The translations under genes and the position numbers were made by a program. A DNA stretch of 62,225 nt, filler included, from Bipalium vagum (Eukaryota): NCBI GenBank assembly GCA_037834085.1. It is 3 parts of 3 records of this genome, joined end to end, with 100 filler letters (N's around TTAATTAATTAA, not from the genome) between each part and the next. Parts side by side here need not be neighbours in the genome. Positions count along the whole stretch, not along the records: positions 43,668 to 62,225 come from JBBMKC010025491.1; 2 more parts are not named here. One strand, given 5' to 3'. Under the pieces are notes generated by a model, which did not search any database, was not told the origin of the DNA, and worked only from the letters and a program-made list of their open reading frames with translations. Shown in pieces: positions 51,634-62,225 of this stretch (the first letter of the stretch is position 1; every line of letters begins with the position of its first letter).

Positions 51634-52945
51634 CAGGGTCCTCCAAAAGAAGCTTTACTACTTTTAACGTATTAAATACTAAGAAGTTTTTGTTTAAATA
51701 AATTAATATTTAACATTATTCTATCTAAAAATTTGAAAATTAAATATGGATCGTTATAATATGCAACAACAGGCAGAAATTGTCAAAATATTTTATCAAA
51801 GCGGTAGTTCAATTTCAGTAAACGTTAAAAAATTAAATGTAAAATTTGGGAAAAACAAATGTCCATCAAAACCAATAATTTACAGTCTGGTTAATGCTTT
51901 TGAAGCATTTGGCTCGGTAGCAGATAGACCAAAATCTGGACGACCTCGATCTGCGCGTATACATGAAAATATTGCAAGTACACGAAAAAGCATTGAAGAC
52001 AATAAATGCACCTCAATCACTTATAGAGTACAGGAATTAAACCTCTCAAAACCCAGTTTGTGGTGGATAATGCATGAAGGTTTACATATAAACGGATATA
52101 ACCTTACCGTAGTTCAGAAGCTTAAAGAATCAGACCATAAAAGTCACCTAATTATTGTAAATGGTTGTTAGAAAGATCAATTCCGGATCCTCATTTTTGG
52201 AAAAAAATCATTATGACTGATGAAATTCATTTTCACTTGAGTGAAGGTGTTTTTAATAAGCAAAATTGTCGAATTTTGGCAACAAAGCAACCCTATGTTT
52301 TGAAGGAAGAAGCATTACATTTGCTAAAAGTTACTGTATGATATGGAATATGGACAAGAGGTGTAATTGGTCCACACTTTTTCGAAAATGCTGCAGGTAA
52401 AACAGCTACAGTAAAGGGAGAAAAATTTCGACACATGATAGAAACATTCCTTAAGCCTTATCTGAATGATTTTAATGTGGAGAATATTTACTTTCATCAA
52501 GATGGTTCCACACCCCATACAAACAGGAAAACAATTGCATTATTACACGAAACTTTTCCATCTGGCGTGATCTCATGTTTCGGTGATGTTGATTGGCCTC
52601 CCAGATATCCTGATTTGACGGCTCCAGACTATTTCTTATGGGGATATCTAAAAGATAAAGTTTATATTAATCAACCAAAAACTAATACACAACTGAAAGA
52701 CAACATTTCAGAACAAATCTCTATGATCTCAATTGACTTATGCCAAAAAGTTATGCAAAATTCCATAAAAATAGGCCAAATTATAAAGCTTCCAGAGGCA
52801 GTCATTTTAATGACATCATATTTATAATATAAATTTTTTAATATCTGTGTTTAAATAAGTATATAAATAAAATTACATGGCTTTTAATTTTCATATACGG
52901 AGAAATAGCGACTTAAAGTAGTAAAGCTTCTTTTGGAAGACGCTG
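51634..52945 (+). mobile_element. Full-length DD41D (rosa-type) Tc1/mariner element, 1312 bp, pseudogenised transposase
   Basis: 31-bp TIRs CAG(G/C)GTC(C/T)TCCAAAAGAAGCTTTACTACTTT with TA on both sides; transposase from 51746 MDRYNMQQQAEIVKIFY, SGRPRSAR, IMTDEIHF, FHQDGSTPH, WPPRYPDLTAPDYFLWG; exactly 41 residues between the 2nd and 3rd Asp. Frameshift near 52150, TGA at ~52339, 3' frameshift. Confidence 0.93.
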
Positions 52946-53543
52946 TATAATTAAAGAATAGAATAAGTAGATTTGGAGCTTATTTTATGATTTAGATGTA
53001 ATACTAAAATATTGGAAATTTTTAATTCATTTGGTGAGGGTTATATAGGAGCTTTGAAAAAGTAAGTTGATTATAATAACGATTATCTTCAAATTATTTT
53101 ACATGGATATATTCCCCTTAATTTATTTTTGTTTACGAAAACTGAGCAAGAAAAATATATATGAATTGGAATTAAAATGTTAAATTTTCAATATATATTT
53201 GTAATTATTTAGACTTAATTCAATTCCACAAAAAAGAAAGTATTTTTCTATAATTTTGTTGTTTATACTGTCAAAATATCAAAATTATCTACATGTAAGT
53301 AGATTTATGTAAGAAATTTATAAATGAATTCCTCTTTAGTATAAGAAATAATGATAAAATAAATGAAAATAAAAAAATTTATTTTACCTTTTAAAAATAC
53401 GTAATTTTTGACAATTTAGAAAATTTATTTTCATTATGATGAAAATAATTTCTGGATTTCATTGTGGAGTGTTTGTTTATATATTTCATTTAAAGGTTAC
53501 TTTTACTCTATTTTGAAAATTTCTATTGAGTATTTTGTAATCA

Positions 53544-61236
<7,693 letters not shown>

Positions 61237-62182
61237 GTACGTTTTTACTCATTTAATTTATTATTATTATTATCATGATCGTGATCATCCCTATTGATGT
61301 TATTAAAATTATAAATTGAAAATGAAATATTATAACGAACCGGCCTAATTTCCAATATTCTTTCAAGTATTAATTTATAAAAAAATGTTATCTTTACTTG
61401 TCCCCAAAATTTTCTATATTCCACTCATTGTTTGAAAATGAATATCAATAATTTATTAATCGAATAATGAATAAATAATTAATCATTCATTGGAAGATAA
61501 TTGACAGTTATTGGATAGTTGAAAATTGCTCGGGTTTCGATTATCAATTATCTGTCCATCCATCTGAACAGTTTTTATTCCAGGTTATCAACATCATTGC
61601 AATCTTTGTATACAAATCTCGATAAGAATGTTTCATACTATTAAGGAACAAAGTTTTTCCTTTTTTTTCGACCAGATGATTTTCTTTCATTTATTTTTGA
61701 ATCGGAAATTTATTTCTATTTTTGTCTTATCAACTCCGTATTCCATTTAAAAGCTTAATTATCTTTAAGAAAATAGAACACCTAAATATTTCAAAAATAT
61801 TTTTATTTAAATTTTGTATAATTTATTAAGTAACACCGATAGTCTTATAATATTCTTACAAATTTTACCATAGACATTTTTTAGAAAATACCTTTACATT
61901 TTAACATTATTAATTTATTAAATTAATTTTTTAAATTATTAAATTCTAATACACATTAATCAATAAAATAATTAAATTTTATAACATTAAATTAAAACAA
62001 TAAGTAAATTTTAAAATACATACATTAAATTAAATTATATAATATTTAATACATATAATATTTAAAAAATACTTTTAATTACATGTTAAAATATGTTCAA
62101 CCTTTAAAAATTCTAATATTAATAAGCCAATACATTATAAATATGATTTGCAAAAATTTCTCATGATCTGATTAGCTCCTTA

Positions 62183-62225
<43 letters not shown>
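62183..62225. repeat. (TAT)n microsatellite running off the window end
   Basis: At least 14 perfect trinucleotide units. Confidence 0.9.

Overview
Very AT-rich animal (invertebrate, probably bilaterian) nuclear DNA in the standard genetic code. It consists of three contigs joined by two identical artificial 100-nt spacers (44 N + TTAATTAATTAA + 44 N at 18615-18714 and 43568-43667). Contig 1 holds a complete calumenin/reticulocalbin-type (CREC) EF-hand gene (+) converging on a complete ~22-exon SRCAP/domino (SWR1-family) chromatin-remodeller gene (-). Contig 2 holds 15 internal exons of an M1 zinc aminopeptidase (APN/ERAP-like, +), with both ends missing. Contig 3 holds an intronless myosuppressin/dmsr-1-like peptide GPCR (-) diverging from a p70 S6 kinase gene (+) that runs off the window. 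Introns are bimodal: 33-110 nt minimal introns versus kb-scale introns filled with decayed IS630-Tc1-mariner DNA transposons of at least five lineages (mariner DD34D, Tc1, DD37E-like, DD41D, pogo/Tigger). These include a mariner nested in a mariner and one full-length DD41D element with intact TIRs. I see no rRNA, tRNA or CRISPR array, and no clearly novel multi-gene system. The best leads are the modular AT-hook mini-exon tail and a possible hook-less isoform of SRCAP, an S6K apparently lacking a TOS motif, and a candidate spliced microprotein gene or regulatory island inside the long S6K intron. All exon models were derived by hand from GT-AG sites and reading-frame continuity.
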